A stretch of 64,000 nt of DNA from an uncultured Lachnospiraceae bacterium. Lineage in GTDB: Bacteria; Bacillota; Clostridia; Lachnospirales; Lachnospiraceae. The notes under the pieces were generated by a model that had not been told where the DNA came from, did not search any database, and was given only the letters and a program-made list of their open reading frames with translations. Positions 1 to 9,373 of this stretch are shown here, in pieces (within the stretch, counting starts at the first letter, position 1; each line of letters starts with the position of its first letter). The DNA is taken from positions 14,126 to 78,125 of the forward strand of contig CAJTWM010000014.1 in the NCBI GenBank assembly GCA_910579805.1, written 5' to 3'. The translations under genes were made by a program, and so were the position numbers.

Positions 1-5
1 ATTAT

Positions 6-695
6 ATGATAGAGGGGAAGAATTATGAATTAAATCCCTATGATATTGTGTTTGTGAACCGCGGCGAAATACATAAACCGGAAGTAGATTTTTCCGTATC
101 CTATGAAAGATATGTGTTTTATATATCGCCGGAATTTTTGGAAAACTATGGAACGGAGGATTATGGGCTTAGAAGTTGTTTTGAGAAAGCAAAGAGAGAA
201 AAGTCCAATGTGATCCGGATCTCGGCGATCAGAAATACGAAATTAATGCAGAAATTAAGGGAGCTGGAAACGGCATTTTCCCAAAAGGAGTATGCGGCGG
301 CTCTGTATGAGCGGTTACTCTTTTTGCAGTTTATCATTGATCTGAACCGTGCCTGTTTGGAGGATAAGGCAGATTATGAACATTCGGCCGCGTATGACAA
401 AAAGATCGTGGATATCTTGGAATATATCAATGCCCATCTTTATGAAGAGCTTTCTATCGACGGGATAGCGGCGGCTTTTTTCTTAAGTAAGTATCACATG
501 ATGCGCCGGTTCAAAGAAGAGACGGGATATACCATGCACCAGTACATCACGGAAAAAAGAATATTGGCGGCAAGGGATATGATTTTAAACGGAATGCCGG
601 CCACAAAGGCGGGATTGGAATGCGGATTTAAGGACTATTCGACTTTCCTGCGGGCATTTAAGAACAGGCTTAATAGGAATCCGTCGGAGCTGTAG
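6..695 (+). CDS. AraC/XylS-family transcriptional regulator with a cupin-like sensor and an AraC HTH. The frame is open to base 1, so the N-terminus may be cut by the window edge.
   Basis: The C-terminus has the double helix-turn-helix typical of AraC (SKYHMMRRFKEETGYTMHQYITEKRILAARDMILNG...GFKDYSTFLRAFKNRL). The N-terminal 'IVFVNRGEIHKPE' is a cupin-like strand. Confidence 0.85.
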   Translation: MIEGKNYELNPYDIVFVNRGEIHKPEVDFSVSYERYVFYISPEFLENYGTEDYGLRSCFEKAKREKSNVIRISAIRNTKLMQKLRELETAFSQKEYAAALYERLLFLQFIIDLNRACLEDKADYEHSAAYDKKIVDILEYINAHLYEELSIDGIAAAFFLSKYHMMRRFKEETGYTMHQYITEKRILAARDMILNGMPATKAGLECGFKDYSTFLRAFKNRLNRNPSEL

Positions 696-751
696 AGGAA
701 ATCTTATGATGATAGTATTGAGATAAGCTGGAAAGGGAACAGGAGATAGCG

Positions 752-2005
752 ATGACAACAGTATTTATATCGTATTCTTGGGATTCGGATTTTCATAAAA
801 AACGAGTGAAAGAGTTTGTGGAATATTTGCGTAAACATCAAATAAAAGTCATATTTGACGGGGATGCAAGGCTTGGGGAACCTCTGCCTGATTTTATGGA
901 AAAGGGAGTGAGGGATTCTGATTATGTTTTAATGTGTTTGACGCCGATATATAAGAAAAAGGCTGATGGAAGACTAAATAAAGAAAGCGGCGGCGTTGTT
1001 TATGAAAATACCATAATAACCGGAGAAATTTATAGACGGAATAATCAATACAAATTTATTCCTGTGTTATTTGAAGGAACATGGGAACTGTCGACACCAT
1101 ATTGGGCTATCGGTAAACTTGGGGTTGACTTAAGAGAAAATATTGTTAAATCAGAAGCGGCTAAATCAGAAATAGAAAGATTGTTGAAAACATTGAATGG
1201 GAAGATGCCGGACGATGTATTTTTTGGGTCCTGTCAAATACCGGATGAAGAAAAGGCCAAGAAGAAAAAAAGTAATAAACGGATTATTGTTTTTATTATC
1301 ATTATAGCTGTAGTGATTGTTGCCGCCTTATTTGGAGTCGATCTTATAAAGAAGGTAATAGTAGCAAAAGAAAATACTCCTGTGGGTACATACATTTCTG
1401 AATCTGATTTTGTTGAAAAGAGTGTAAAATCGGACATTGATTTATCTATGGAGGAACTTTTAAATACAATATGGGAAGATAGTAACTATATACGCTCCCA
1501 ATATATAAAAAATTTGATTGGCACGGGGATTCGGCGTTATAATAGGAAAGATTTTTCCTGTGCAGGCGCTTTGTTTGAACAGGCGATTATAGAAGGCGAT
1601 GAGGGGGTTACTGCGAAAAATAATTTATCTTTCATGATCCGGCGGCAGGAATATAAATCTGAAAATTATGAGCTGGAAGATTTATTGAAACAGTGTAGGG
1701 AAAACGGAGGTGCGTTTGCATCAATTAATTATGCTATGTATCTTGTTTCTGTTAATGAATGGGAGGAAGCGGATTTACAATTTAAAATGATAACATCCTC
1801 CGACCCGGAAATAAAAGAATGTATTGACTGGTGGAAAGGTTTGTATGACCAAAACGAACCGGAAGGCAGTTTGGTTTTGGGCTGGTTATTAAAATATGGA
1901 TTTTATGAAGATAAAGAAAAGACGGCATCCGATTATTTTGAAGAGGCAAAACAATATTATGAGGATATGCCGGATTCTTTGTATTCGGAATCTGATTCAG
2001 ATTAG
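752..2005 (+). CDS. TIR-superfamily (SEFIR/TIR_2-like) domain, one TM helix and a C-terminal TPR/Sel1-like helical repeat domain
   Basis: AGGAG RBS. The N-terminus 'VFISYSWDSDFHKKRVKEFVEYLRKHQIKVIFDGD...DSDYVLMCLTPIYKKKAD' matches the SEFIR/TIR beta-A/alpha-A/beta-B pattern. 'KKKKSNKRIIVFIIIIAVVIVAALFGVDLI' is a positive-inside TM helix. The C-terminal ~215 aa is helical, rich in aromatic and acidic residues, and repeat-like. The gene is visibly more AT-rich than its neighbours. Confidence 0.7.
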   Translation: MTTVFISYSWDSDFHKKRVKEFVEYLRKHQIKVIFDGDARLGEPLPDFMEKGVRDSDYVLMCLTPIYKKKADGRLNKESGGVVYENTIITGEIYRRNNQYKFIPVLFEGTWELSTPYWAIGKLGVDLRENIVKSEAAKSEIERLLKTLNGKMPDDVFFGSCQIPDEEKAKKKKSNKRIIVFIIIIAVVIVAALFGVDLIKKVIVAKENTPVGTYISESDFVEKSVKSDIDLSMEELLNTIWEDSNYIRSQYIKNLIGTGIRRYNRKDFSCAGALFEQAIIEGDEGVTAKNNLSFMIRRQEYKSENYELEDLLKQCRENGGAFASINYAMYLVSVNEWEEADLQFKMITSSDPEIKECIDWWKGLYDQNEPEGSLVLGWLLKYGFYEDKEKTASDYFEEAKQYYEDMPDSLYSESDSD

Positions 2006-2102
2006 CGGAATATAAGCGAAATTACGATTATCGAGTTTATTTGGCATATTATCATAATGGGGATTTGGCGGCGGAATAAAAGTTAGGAATATATTGTATT
2101 TT

Positions 2103-2133
2103 AAGGCGTTTGTAATATACAGGCGCCTTTTTA
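2103..2133 (+). terminator. Putative rho-independent terminator after the TIR gene
   Basis: AAGGCG (2103-2108) pairs with CGCCTT (2124-2129) and is followed by a T-run. The stem is short. Confidence 0.45.
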
Positions 2134-2188
2134 TATTGGATTAGAAACAAATTAGGAATAAAAAGCGGAGGGCAGGAAAAGAAGAAAT

Positions 2189-2515
2189 TTACAGATGATC
2201 CGCATAGGCTTTCAGCATATGGTAAAAAAGCCGTTGATCCCTTTTGGGAAGGCTCTCATATAATATCAGGAACTCGTTGGATACGATATCGAACCGTTCT
2301 GTATGGGAATGCCCAATTACGTCTCCGGCGGAACACTCCAAAAGATCGCAGATAGAAACTAAAGTATCCAGACTTAGTCTTGCAATTCCGCGCTCTATCT
2401 GACTGACAAATCCGGTAGACAGATCCAGTAGTTCAGCCATCTGTTCCTGCGTCAGTTTTTTCTGTTTTCTGTAATATTTGATATTTTTTCCGAGGATTTG
2501 ATAGTCAACGCCCAT
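2189..2515 (-). CDS. XRE-family helix-turn-helix transcriptional regulator
   Basis: 'LTQEQMAELLDLSTGFVSQIERGIARLSLDTLVSICDLL' is a canonical Cro/C1 HTH. A GGAGA RBS lies upstream. Confidence 0.85.
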   Translation of the reverse strand: MGVDYQILGKNIKYYRKQKKLTQEQMAELLDLSTGFVSQIERGIARLSLDTLVSICDLLECSAGDVIGHSHTERFDIVSNEFLILYESLPKRDQRLFYHMLKAYADHL

Positions 2516-2707
2516 GGCAGGATTCTCCTTTATTTCTGATACCGAGTTTTTTATGTAACTTATTGTCTATGATTAGTTGAAGCAAATACAGAAGTTTATA
2601 GTTCTGATTTCATATAAACTAAAGTATATAATGTTGTTTTATGATAGTAATAGTGCTAATATATAAAAAACAAGAAGTAATAGTGTTACTTTTATGAGGA
2701 AGGAGAA

Positions 2708-5698
2708 ATGAGGATGATGAAGCTGATGAAGAAAATTTTGGCGGCTGTCTTGATTGCTGGTCTTTTGGGAAGTTCTTGTGACATGACTGTGTCAGCCAAA
2801 GAAAGTGCGGTTGTACAAACAGCTCAAGAGATACAGGAGACAGAGGGGATGGAAAGCGGCCCATCCATGGAAACGGATGGAAAGGAAACTTACGATGCAG
2901 GCAAAAAGAGTGCGTTAGAAGAATCTGGTACGGATGTCAAAAGCAGAACGGAAGAAGAATCCGGCACAGATGTCAAAGACGAAAGGGAAGAGGAATCCGC
3001 GACGGATGTCAAAGACGAAAGGGAAGAAGAATCCGCGACAGATGCCAAAGACGAAAGGGAAGAAGAATCCGCGACGGATGTTAAAAACGAAACGGAAGTG
3101 GAATCCTGTACGGATGCAAAAAATGAGACAGAAGAATCCGAAACGGATACAAAAGAAGAGCAAACAGAAGAAATGACGGGAAATGAATCCGAGCCCGAAA
3201 AGGAAACAGATGTGCAGAGAAAGGATACATCAGAGACAGAGCCGGGAACAGAAACAGGGCCTGAGCTTCTGACGATAGGCGGCGGGACGCTTCTTTCGGC
3301 GGCCGGGGATGGGGTCAGCCGTGTGGAATGGCTTTCGGAATTGACGGCATTGTTTGAAATGTCAGTGGAGCAGGACAACTATCCGGATAATTATTTTTTG
3401 GATATAGACGCCTCGTCCCCGTATTATTATGCGGTCATGCTGGCAACGGAATTTGGGCTGGTGGATGTGGAGGCAGGCGACGCCTTCAGGCCGGATGATG
3501 CGGTGACAAGGGAATTTGCGGCGCATACGATGAACTTCTGTCTTGGCTTTGAGACGGAGGAAAATGCGGGATATAGCTTTAATGAAGCGGATAGTGTCAC
3601 TTATGCGGAGGACATTCAGGTCGCGGTCAACAGGGGGTGGTTCCAGCTGGTATCTGGCAGTTTCCTTCCTGACGCAGCCGTCACCGAAGCGGAAAAGGCG
3701 GCAATATTTGCGGATGCGGAGGGGATACTAGCGGCAGACCAAAAAGACCCTGCGCATGTCAATACCTACACCTTTGCCGATGGCGTGACGGAGCTGGCGC
3801 AGGCGGAAGTAAGTGCGGAGCAGACGGGAGAAAATGAGCTGACCTTTTACAGCGGCTGGGAAAAATTAACGGCGGGCAATAAATACGGAATGGTATTGGA
3901 CGGGTTTCCGATCGTCTTTAAGGTTACCGGCCTTGTGCCTGCTGACGCAGGAGCCGTGGTGCAGTTTGAGACTGTTCCCATGGAGGAGGCTTTCAAGGAT
4001 ATTGATTTTCAGGGAAACGGTGAGGTGGACCTTGCCTCCATACAGGCATACAGCGACGAGGTGGAGCTGCACTATATCGTGGGCGGCAGTGAAGAGCAGA
4101 AGTGGGAGGACGGTACAAAATATGATACCCTTGCGGAAGTCGGGGAGCAGGAGATCAGCGCGGTTGAGGTAATTACGGATTACCCTTTGGACGGCGTGTC
4201 TAAGGACATCAATCTGGGGAACGGCGCAAAAGCGAAGATAAGCTGTAAAGTGAGCAATGTAAAGAAGGATTTTGGCGTGAGCCTGACCAAAGGCTATGCT
4301 TTTGTCAATGTGGACGCAAAGGTAGAGTTTGGCTGCAATGTCAATATAGGAATGATGGAGGGCGCCGGCATATCCCCGGTGCTTGAATTGGTGCGCATAC
4401 CGGTTTCAGGTATCGGCTATTTCAGCGTAAAGCTGGATGCGAACATAACGGGCGGTGTGACGGTGAGCCTTGTGGAGAATGTATCCTTGGGGTTGAGGTT
4501 TGACGGGGACGGTTTCCGCATGACGAAGGATTTCAGCAAGGATTCTTTTACCATACAGACGCGGATGGAGATCAGCGCAGGGGTGACGGCAACGCTTGCC
4601 CTGAATAACTGCGGCTTTATGTCGGGAGAATTATATGCAAAGTTCGGGGCAAAAAACGTGCTTGACTCGATCCGGTATAACGACGGCAGCTCACCGGCAA
4701 TGTGCGCCAACCACAACGCATGGCTTTATGCCACGGCAGGCGGGTTTGCAAGGGTGGACTTTGGGGTTTATGACAAATCATGGAGTAAGACTTATTCCAT
4801 CTACAACGAGAAAAACAGCCCGGTGCGAATCTCCTTCCATTATGAGGACGGTGTGGCGGTATCAAAATGCTCGAGAGGGACAAAGTGGGGACCTTCCGGA
4901 AGGAGATGGGGGTATTATACTGCGGCGGATTCAAGATACGGGTATAACGGCGAGAGCGGCGGAATCGGGGCAGGCGGTGAGCCCTTTACGATTTTTGAGT
5001 ACAGTCTGGACGAATACGATAATGCTACGATTACAAGCTATAGGGGGAATGTGTCGGCGCTGAGCATTCCGGAGACGCTGGACGGGCATACGGTTGTTGG
5101 GATTGGAAGTGGGGTGTTTCAAAATAATAAGCTGTTGCGGATGGTGGTGATGCCAGATAGTGTGACGGAGATAGGGAATTATGCATTTGAAGACTGTAGC
5201 AATCTGTCAAGCGTGACATTATCCAAAGGGGTGACAAGCATAGGATATAGAGCATTTTGCAATTGTGATTCTCTAACGGAAATAGAAATACCAAAGAGCT
5301 TGAAAACGTATTATGGTGGTCCTTTTAGAGACTGTGATGGGTTAAAGGAAGTGACTTTTGAGAAAGGGACAACGGAGGTTGCCAGCAATCTGTTTTCATA
5401 CTGTCCGGGAATAGAGGAAATAACAATACCGGATACGGTCACGGTAATAGAGTATGGCGCGTTTAATAATTGTAAAAATTTATGTAAAGTTGATATTCCA
5501 AGTTCTGTAACAGAAATAGAAAGAGATGCATTTAGCAAATGTGTAAATTTGGAAAGGATATTGATACCAGACAGTGTAACGGACATGGGTACTTACATAT
5601 TCGCAGGCTGCAGCAGCCTTACAGAGGCAAAACTGCCCAGCAAAAGAAAAAATATTACCGAAGGGACTTTCAAAGACTGCGTAAGCCTTGAAAAGTAA
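2708..5698 (+). CDS. Secreted cell-surface protein, N-terminal part of a split giant adhesin: signal peptide, acidic tandem repeats, SLH-like modules, a central beta-rich region and BspA-type leucine-rich repeats
   Basis: AGGAAGGAG RBS. The signal peptide is MRMMKLMKKILAAVLIAGLLGSSC. There are (EESxTDVKDERE)n repeats. The C-terminus has repeated '...IP.SVT.IG..AF..C..L..V.L' LRR_5/BspA units. It ends at a TAA that interrupts an LRR unit. Confidence 0.8.
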   Translation: MRMMKLMKKILAAVLIAGLLGSSCDMTVSAKESAVVQTAQEIQETEGMESGPSMETDGKETYDAGKKSALEESGTDVKSRTEEESGTDVKDEREEESATDVKDEREEESATDAKDEREEESATDVKNETEVESCTDAKNETEESETDTKEEQTEEMTGNESEPEKETDVQRKDTSETEPGTETGPELLTIGGGTLLSAAGDGVSRVEWLSELTALFEMSVEQDNYPDNYFLDIDASSPYYYAVMLATEFGLVDVEAGDAFRPDDAVTREFAAHTMNFCLGFETEENAGYSFNEADSVTYAEDIQVAVNRGWFQLVSGSFLPDAAVTEAEKAAIFADAEGILAADQKDPAHVNTYTFADGVTELAQAEVSAEQTGENELTFYSGWEKLTAGNKYGMVLDGFPIVFKVTGLVPADAGAVVQFETVPMEEAFKDIDFQGNGEVDLASIQAYSDEVELHYIVGGSEEQKWEDGTKYDTLAEVGEQEISAVEVITDYPLDGVSKDINLGNGAKAKISCKVSNVKKDFGVSLTKGYAFVNVDAKVEFGCNVNIGMMEGAGISPVLELVRIPVSGIGYFSVKLDANITGGVTVSLVENVSLGLRFDGDGFRMTKDFSKDSFTIQTRMEISAGVTATLALNNCGFMSGELYAKFGAKNVLDSIRYNDGSSPAMCANHNAWLYATAGGFARVDFGVYDKSWSKTYSIYNEKNSPVRISFHYEDGVAVSKCSRGTKWGPSGRRWGYYTAADSRYGYNGESGGIGAGGEPFTIFEYSLDEYDNATITSYRGNVSALSIPETLDGHTVVGIGSGVFQNNKLLRMVVMPDSVTEIGNYAFEDCSNLSSVTLSKGVTSIGYRAFCNCDSLTEIEIPKSLKTYYGGPFRDCDGLKEVTFEKGTTEVASNLFSYCPGIEEITIPDTVTVIEYGAFNNCKNLCKVDIPSSVTEIERDAFSKCVNLERILIPDSVTDMGTYIFAGCSSLTEAKLPSKRKNITEGTFKDCVSLEK
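2918..3140 (+). repeat. In-frame 36-bp tandem repeat array of about 6 units encoding the acidic 12-mer EES(G/A)TD(V/A)K(D/N)E(R/T)E
   Basis: Direct reading gives units starting at 2918, 2954, 2990, 3026 and 3062, then degenerate units. Neighbouring copies differ by a few bases only. Confidence 0.9.
5689..5698 (+). other. Frame-change site that splits the adhesin gene, at the A4 tract 5691-5694
   Basis: The upstream frame reads ctt gaa aag TAA (LEK*). The -1 frame reads (tga) aaa gta aac ttc cca aaa acc ttg gaa tgc = KVNFPKTLEC. This continues the LRR unit 'FKDCVSLEK|VNFPKTLECIRPYAFYN' in phase. Confidence 0.85.
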
Positions 5699-5712
5699 AC
5701 TTCCCAAAAACC

Positions 5713-8700
5713 TTGGAATGCATCCGCCCTTACGCCTTCTACAACACCAAATTATCCGAAGCAGTATTACCGGAGTCGCTGACCAAAATAGAAAGCTACG
5801 CCTTCTACAACTGTGACAACCTAACCAAAGTAGAACTGAAAAATAACCTAACCGAAATCGGAAACTACGCTTTCTACGACTGCGACGCATTGGAAACCAT
5901 CGCCATCCCCGACAGCGTCACCACCCTCGGCATTTACCTCTTCGCAGAAAGCGAACTCCTAAGCGACGTGACACTTGGCACAGGGATCACCACGATCCCG
6001 TCCTATGCCTTCAACCTATGTCCGTCCTTAAAAAAGATCATCCTGCCGTACCGTGTGGAAAAGATCAACAGCAGCGCGTTCACCAACTGTACCGCCCTGA
6101 CGGAGATCACCATACCGCGGGCAACCGCCGCGATTGCAGACAGTGTATTCAGCTACCCGTCAAGGCTTACCATATACGGCATCAGCGGAACTTATGCGCA
6201 AACCTATGCCGACCAGATAGGGGCGACGTTTGTCAATAAAGAAACAAAAGCGACATCCGTGTCATTTAATAAAACCGAGATGAAGCTGATAAAGGGAAGC
6301 AAATCCAAACTGGTATTGCGTATATCACCTTCCGATTTTACGGATCAGGTTTCATGGAAGAGTACGGATACCGATGTGGCTGCTGTGGATGATGCAGGGA
6401 CTGTGACTGCCAAGGCAGTGGGCAGTGCGACTGTCAAAGTAACAGTCGGTGACGTCAGTGCGTCCTGTAAGATTACCGTGACCCAGCCTGTTACCTCCAT
6501 CAGCCTGAGCAAGACGTCCCTTTCCCTTGAGGCGTTTGACACCGAAACCCTTACCGCATCAGTATATCCTTCCAATGCGGAAAATAAGGAAATCCTGTGG
6601 AGCACTTCGGATGATAAAATAGCATCCGTAGACGGAAACGGCACAGTCATGGCAAAAACAAAAGGAAACGCGACGATTACGGCAGCGGCACAGGACGGCA
6701 GCGGCGTTTCAAGAAGCTGCAGCGTGACAGTGGTAAATAACGGGTATCTCTGCAGCAGCGTATCGGAGCTGGAAAGCGGGCATAATTATCCGGCAAACTG
6801 CTCTGACTTCTGGATTTATACGAAAGAAGGGGCGGAATCATTACATATTGCTTTTGACGCGAGAACGAACGTGGAGGAGGGGTTTGACTATATTTACCTT
6901 TATGACGGCAGCGGAAAAGAAACGGGAAAATATACAGGGACACAATTGGCAGGGCAGAGTGTGGAAATTACCGGCGATACGGTAAAGATCAAGCTGGTTT
7001 CGGATGATGCGGGAAACGCGTGGGGCTTCAAGGTCACCTCTGTCATTGGGACGGGAAATGTAGAAAATGACGAATGTCTGGTTACTTTTGACCCACAGGG
7101 AGGCAGCCCGGTTCCGTCTGTCCAGATTCCCAAAGGTGAGGCAGTAGGGGAGCCGCAGGCGCCGGTGAGAAAGAATTACGTCTTTTTAGGCTGGTATCTG
7201 GACGGGGAGCTTTATGATTTTACAAAGCCAGTAACGGGGAATATTGTCCTCAAGGCAAGATGGAAGTTTACACCCGGGGAGGAAACGCCGGGAGAAGCAG
7301 ACGGCGTCTTAACGGAGGATATGCCCGCGGACGGCATCATACCGGACGGGCTGTGGATTGCGGGAGTCAGCGACCAGATCTATACGGGAAAGGCATTGAA
7401 GCCGGAGGTAAGGGTATATGACGGAAACCGGAGGCTGAAAGCAGGGACGGATTATACTATAAGCTATAAAAGAAATACAAAGGCAAATGATGCCTCCGAT
7501 GCAGGGAAAGCGCCGACAGTCACGGTCAAAGGAAAGGGCAACTATTCAGGCAGCGCGTCAGCCGCCTTTAAGATCATCCCGGTAGACCTGAATGACAGTA
7601 CGGTATCGGCAGCAGATATTACGTTGGCCTATAACGGGAGATTACAGAAGAAAGTACCGGCAGTAACATTTAACGGCAGGAAACTGTCCGTGAACAGGGA
7701 CTTTACCGTATCCTATCCAGACGGAGCGGGCGGGGCTTACCGGCGGACCGGCGAATATTCCGTAGAACTTAAGGGAAGCGGGAACTTTGCCGGGACAAGG
7801 ACTGTAAAGCTGGAGATCACGGACAAGGAGCTGATAGAAAAGGCGAAGGTGGCAAAAATAAAGAGCCAGCCCTATAGGGATGGGGAAGAAGTGACCCTGC
7901 CAAAGTCGGAGCTGACCGTGTATACAAAATCAAAAAATATGCCGCTGACAGAAGGGACGGACTATACGCTCCGCTATGAGGATAATAAAGAAATCGGCAC
8001 GGCGTCTGTTTTCATCACAGGGATGGGTAGCTATGCCGGGACGAAAAAGGTTACTTTTCAGATTGTTGGCACGCCGCTTAATAAAGCCGCTGTGGAGGGA
8101 ATAGAAAATAAAGTTTATAACGGGGAAGGGCAGCGCCAAAACCTGAAGCTCTCACTGAACGGCACGGAGCTAAGGGAAGGCAGGGACTACACCGTCTCCT
8201 ATGAGAAAAATGTCGATGCAGGGACGGCAAAGATGACAATAAAGGGCTGCGGCGGCTACAGCGGCACGATCAGGAAGACCTTCAGGATCACCGCCTACGA
8301 TCTGGGGAGGGATGACAGCCGCCTGCTCACAGGAATAGATAAAAACCTTGCCATGCATTATGTAAAAGGCGGCTGCAAGCCGGAATTAGTATTAAAGTTT
8401 AACGGCAGGGAATTAACAGGCGGAACAGATTACAAGGTTTCTTATGCGAATAACAAAAAGCCCGCCGATGCCTCCGCGGATAAAGCGCCGCTTATCATAA
8501 TAAAAGGCAGGGGGAATTTCAAGGGCACGATATCCGTCCCCTTCTCCATCCTAAAGAAAAACCTTGCAGACTCCGAAGCCCCTGTGTCCGTTGAGGCAGC
8601 GGATGTGGGGTATGTGAAAGGTGCCGGGAAATATATCAGCAGACCGGTCCTGACGGATACGGACGGCAAAGTATTAAAAGCGGGCACGGATTATGAAGTA

Positions 8701-9153
8701 AGCTACACGCTTTCGGACGGGATCACGAAGCTGGATAAGAAGAGCACTGTCAGTGCAGGAAATGACGTATGTGTGACTGTGAAGGGAAAAGGGAATTACG
8801 AGGGGACGCTGTCCACGACCTACCGCATAACGGAAAACCGGTTTGCACAGGCAAAGGTTACGGTTACGCCGAAGATTTATACCGGAAGGAGGGTATACCT
8901 GTCCAAAGAGGATGTAAAGGTGACGGTAAAAAATGCAGGAAAAACGGAGGAGCTTACATACGGCACGGATTATGAGATCATAGAAGACAGCTATACCAAT
9001 AACCTGAAAAAAGGGACTGCCAGTGTGAAGGTCAGGGGACTTGGAAAATACGGCGGGACAAAGACTGTGAAGTTTAAGATTCAGGCGAAGAAGATGGAGG
9101 TGTTTGACATTATTGTGAAAAATTCCGGAGTATTGAAGTTTGCGATACAATAA
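5713..9153 (+). CDS. C-terminal part of the split giant adhesin: more BspA-type LRRs, two Big_2-like Ig domains, a CUB-like domain, a Listeria-Bacteroides (Flg_new) repeat and seven MBG-like repeats
   Basis: The track start is a TTG with no RBS, and the frame is open from 5692. LRR units run up to ~aa 170. Big_2 pattern: 'SWKSTDTDVAAVDDAGTVTAKAVGSATVKV'. CUB-like: 'GHNYPANCSDFWIYTKEGAESLHIAFDARTNVEEGFDYIYLYDG'. Flg_new: 'VTFDPQGGSPVP...YVFLGWYLDGELYDF'. No LPXTG-type anchor at the C-terminus. Confidence 0.8.
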   Translation: MECIRPYAFYNTKLSEAVLPESLTKIESYAFYNCDNLTKVELKNNLTEIGNYAFYDCDALETIAIPDSVTTLGIYLFAESELLSDVTLGTGITTIPSYAFNLCPSLKKIILPYRVEKINSSAFTNCTALTEITIPRATAAIADSVFSYPSRLTIYGISGTYAQTYADQIGATFVNKETKATSVSFNKTEMKLIKGSKSKLVLRISPSDFTDQVSWKSTDTDVAAVDDAGTVTAKAVGSATVKVTVGDVSASCKITVTQPVTSISLSKTSLSLEAFDTETLTASVYPSNAENKEILWSTSDDKIASVDGNGTVMAKTKGNATITAAAQDGSGVSRSCSVTVVNNGYLCSSVSELESGHNYPANCSDFWIYTKEGAESLHIAFDARTNVEEGFDYIYLYDGSGKETGKYTGTQLAGQSVEITGDTVKIKLVSDDAGNAWGFKVTSVIGTGNVENDECLVTFDPQGGSPVPSVQIPKGEAVGEPQAPVRKNYVFLGWYLDGELYDFTKPVTGNIVLKARWKFTPGEETPGEADGVLTEDMPADGIIPDGLWIAGVSDQIYTGKALKPEVRVYDGNRRLKAGTDYTISYKRNTKANDASDAGKAPTVTVKGKGNYSGSASAAFKIIPVDLNDSTVSAADITLAYNGRLQKKVPAVTFNGRKLSVNRDFTVSYPDGAGGAYRRTGEYSVELKGSGNFAGTRTVKLEITDKELIEKAKVAKIKSQPYRDGEEVTLPKSELTVYTKSKNMPLTEGTDYTLRYEDNKEIGTASVFITGMGSYAGTKKVTFQIVGTPLNKAAVEGIENKVYNGEGQRQNLKLSLNGTELREGRDYTVSYEKNVDAGTAKMTIKGCGGYSGTIRKTFRITAYDLGRDDSRLLTGIDKNLAMHYVKGGCKPELVLKFNGRELTGGTDYKVSYANNKKPADASADKAPLIIIKGRGNFKGTISVPFSILKKNLADSEAPVSVEAADVGYVKGAGKYISRPVLTDTDGKVLKAGTDYEVSYTLSDGITKLDKKSTVSAGNDVCVTVKGKGNYEGTLSTTYRITENRFAQAKVTVTPKIYTGRRVYLSKEDVKVTVKNAGKTEELTYGTDYEIIEDSYTNNLKKGTASVKVRGLGKYGGTKTVKFKIQAKKMEVFDIIVKNSGVLKFAIQ
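7378..9090 (+). repeat. Seven tandem protein modules of ~80-90 aa (MBG-like: Y.G....P.V....G..L..GTDY.VSY..N...GTA.V.V.G.GNY.G....F.I)
   Basis: The motif 'GTDY(T/K/E)(I/V/L)SY' followed by 'KG.GN(Y/F).G(S/T)' recurs seven times in the translation. The repeats are divergent at the DNA level. Confidence 0.75.
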
Positions 9154-9173
9154 ACCGGATAATAATAAGTTGC

Positions 9174-9220
9174 AAAACAGCCGCAAACTGTATGATTACA
9201 AACATTGCGGCTGTTTTGCT
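9174..9220 (+). terminator. Rho-independent terminator of the adhesin gene
   Basis: Perfect 13-bp stem, AAAACAGCCGCAA (9174-9186) with TTGCGGCTGTTTT (9205-9217), and a T-rich tail. Confidence 0.85.
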
Positions 9221-9373
9221 GTCAGAACAGATTTTAATGGCTTTTATTTTTTACAAATGATATAATGGGGAAAATATAGGAATAAACAAAAGCAATATTG
9301 TGTTTGATGAAATACCAATGAAGTGTATATTTTGGCCATAAAATGTAAATATGTCATGAAACGGAGGGAGTTT

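Noticed and set aside
2918-3140. Possible CRISPR array (also considered for 49273-49734)
   Set aside because: The repeats are directly adjacent with no spacers, are in frame, and encode sensible peptide repeats. No cas genes are present.
2890-3378. Several 80-160-aa ORFs, both strands, over the acidic repeat region (e.g. 2934-3176 +, 2890-3378 -, 2915-3163 -)
   Set aside because: These are alternative-frame and antisense artefacts kept open by the 36-bp tandem repeats of the adhesin gene.
8674-9186. 170-aa minus-strand ORF at the adhesin 3' end
   Set aside because: It is antisense to the MBG-like repeat region and runs into the adhesin terminator. No support.
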